Shown here one piece after another: positions 30,584 through 32,000 of a DNA stretch of 32,000 nucleotides. The notes under the pieces were generated by a model, which searched no databases, was not told where the DNA came from, and saw only the letters and a list, made by a program, of their open reading frames with translations. This stretch comes from Wolbachia endosymbiont of Onchocerca ochengi (GTDB taxonomy: Bacteria; Pseudomonadota; Alphaproteobacteria; Rickettsiales; Anaplasmataceae). Where the stretch lies: the NCBI RefSeq assembly GCF_000306885.1, contig NC_018267.1, positions 270,001 through 302,000 of the forward strand, read 5' to 3'. Both the position numbers and the translations under genes were made by a program. Within the stretch, counting starts at the first letter, position 1. The number at the start of each line of letters is the position of its first letter.

Positions 30584-31316
30584 TAAACACTTTCAGTAAT
30601 ACCACCTGACATAACTGAAACCTTTGTGCCTTTACTTATTCTTAAGTAGTCTATTAGCTCATCAACCAATATATTCGCGGGAGCAGAGAGGATACCCCCC
30701 TCTACGGTAATTCCTACCCTCTTTCTATGCCCTGTAACCAATTTTTATTCACATAGCTGTAGTTATCAATCAAACAAGCTCTCCTTCCTCTCGCAGTACA
30801 CAGATCTAATAAGCGGTTTGTGTGACGTAAGATAAATTATCTAGATCATTAACCTTTAAATCGCGTACATCTTCTATGGTTTACACTAAAGCAATAGGAT
30901 TTTTACTCTTCCTCTAATTTCCTTAGCCTCTGGGTAAGTTTCATGCCTAATCAGAATTAATTCTTTACATTATCCTCATACCTTTTTACTTCTTTGTGCA
31001 CTTTATTAACTAGGGGACATGTTGCGCCAATCACTTAAATACCCTTTTTTTTCGCCTCCTCTTCTACATTTTTTGCACTCAGTATGCACTGAAAATCAAT
31101 ATTCTACTATATTTATCAATATCCTCAACACTACTTATAAAAAACTACTCCTTGTCTCTTAAAAAGTTCTTTACTATATATTTGTTGTGAACAATTTAAT
31201 GTAGAACATAAACTCGGCGCTCGTTTTTATATTTTTTTTAAAAAATAGCCTAATATAGCTACAGCTCTTTTAACTTCTGCACAAAACCCGCGCGGTTCAG
31301 ATAAAATAATTCTCAC
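30584..31316 (-). pseudogene. ispH: Decayed 4-hydroxy-3-methylbut-2-enyl diphosphate reductase
   Basis: Collinear fragments in shifting frames: VRIILSEPRGFCAEVKRAVAIL / YVLH*IVHNKYIVKNFLRDKE*FFISSVEDIDKYSRILIFSAY*VQK / [32 protein letters not shown] / ELILIRHETYPEAKEIRGRVK / [28 protein letters not shown] / [31 protein letters not shown] / [46 protein letters not shown]. Confidence 0.9.
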
Positions 31317-32000
31317 TTTTTCCAAATTAGATTGGTATGCAAGCAAACATTGCTTAAAAACAAGCTCCGCTCATCATATCTTATAGCACCATCATTTGTA
31401 TTTTATATAATAGTCATTTTTCGCATATTTTCTTTGACGTTTAATCAGTTTGATACTACAGAAGATTTAAGAAAGAGCACTCTCCAAAACGAACAGATAG
31501 ACCAACATTATATATACCAAAGTAGAAGAAAACCAGAGATTATAATAATACAACTGTATTCCATTTTAAATGGCCTTGAATATGAAAGTTTGTACAAAAT
31601 ACTTACTTCGAAAAAAAATTTACCTAGATAAAAAGGTACTCAATCTCAAAGAAGGTATTGATAACAAAAAATACCGATGTGCATAGATGATAAAAACATT
31701 GCTAGAGTTAAAGCATATGTAAATAAAACTAAATCGCAGTGCTTACGTACAGTTATAAAATAGCTGTAACTGCCTACGCATATTGTATAAACCGTAGCCA
31801 CAGTAGAGACAACAATGGGATATTTTACAACGTAATTTTAATATTGAATAAAGGAAAAGTATTAGAGAACAGACTATTACAAGAAGCTACTTCCAGTAGT
31901 AAGATAAGAAAATTACTAAGTACAACAGTAACAGATTAGAACAGACAGAAAAGCAAACATAAAAGTATATTTGATAAAAAGTAAGATTGATCAGCAGAAA

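Noticed and set aside
1-32000. CRISPR arrays, toxin-antitoxin pairs, transposases, phage genes, retroelements, rnpB or tmRNA
   Set aside because: Read for spaced direct repeats, known catalytic motifs and conserved RNA cores; none seen. Absence of short degenerate elements cannot be guaranteed by eye.

Overview
AT-rich 32 kb window. Protein content and gene style point to an Anaplasmataceae (Wolbachia/Ehrlichia-like) alphaproteobacterium; this placement is an inference from recognised families, with no database search. It carries compact housekeeping genes: proS, acpS, murA, thyX, gyrA, petA, a SurA-like foldase, mnmE, tmk, a thioredoxin-family protein, a CPA2 (KefB-type) antiporter, topA, trhO, an iron ABC permease, apaG, purK, asd and two tandem APC amino-acid permeases. 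It also has tRNA-Val(TAC) and tRNA-Ser(TGA). Four long stretches without called genes (about 4900-6690, 16310-18400, 20860-21960, 30420-32000) look like decayed coding sequence rather than neutral spacer. The strongest find is a heavily disrupted ispH (30584-31316, minus), absent from the ORF track. Others are a 26-residue-period leucine-rich-repeat remnant (17161-17526), an ankyrin-repeat remnant (about 21593-21667) and a roughly 330-codon nonsense-riddled frame (5306-6319, minus). The left-edge ORF (open from base 1 to 936) contains a good WH2-like actin-binding motif and is a candidate secreted effector. GyrA has Met at the position equivalent to E. coli Ser83. I see no CRISPR array, intact transposon, phage module or clear multigene novel system.
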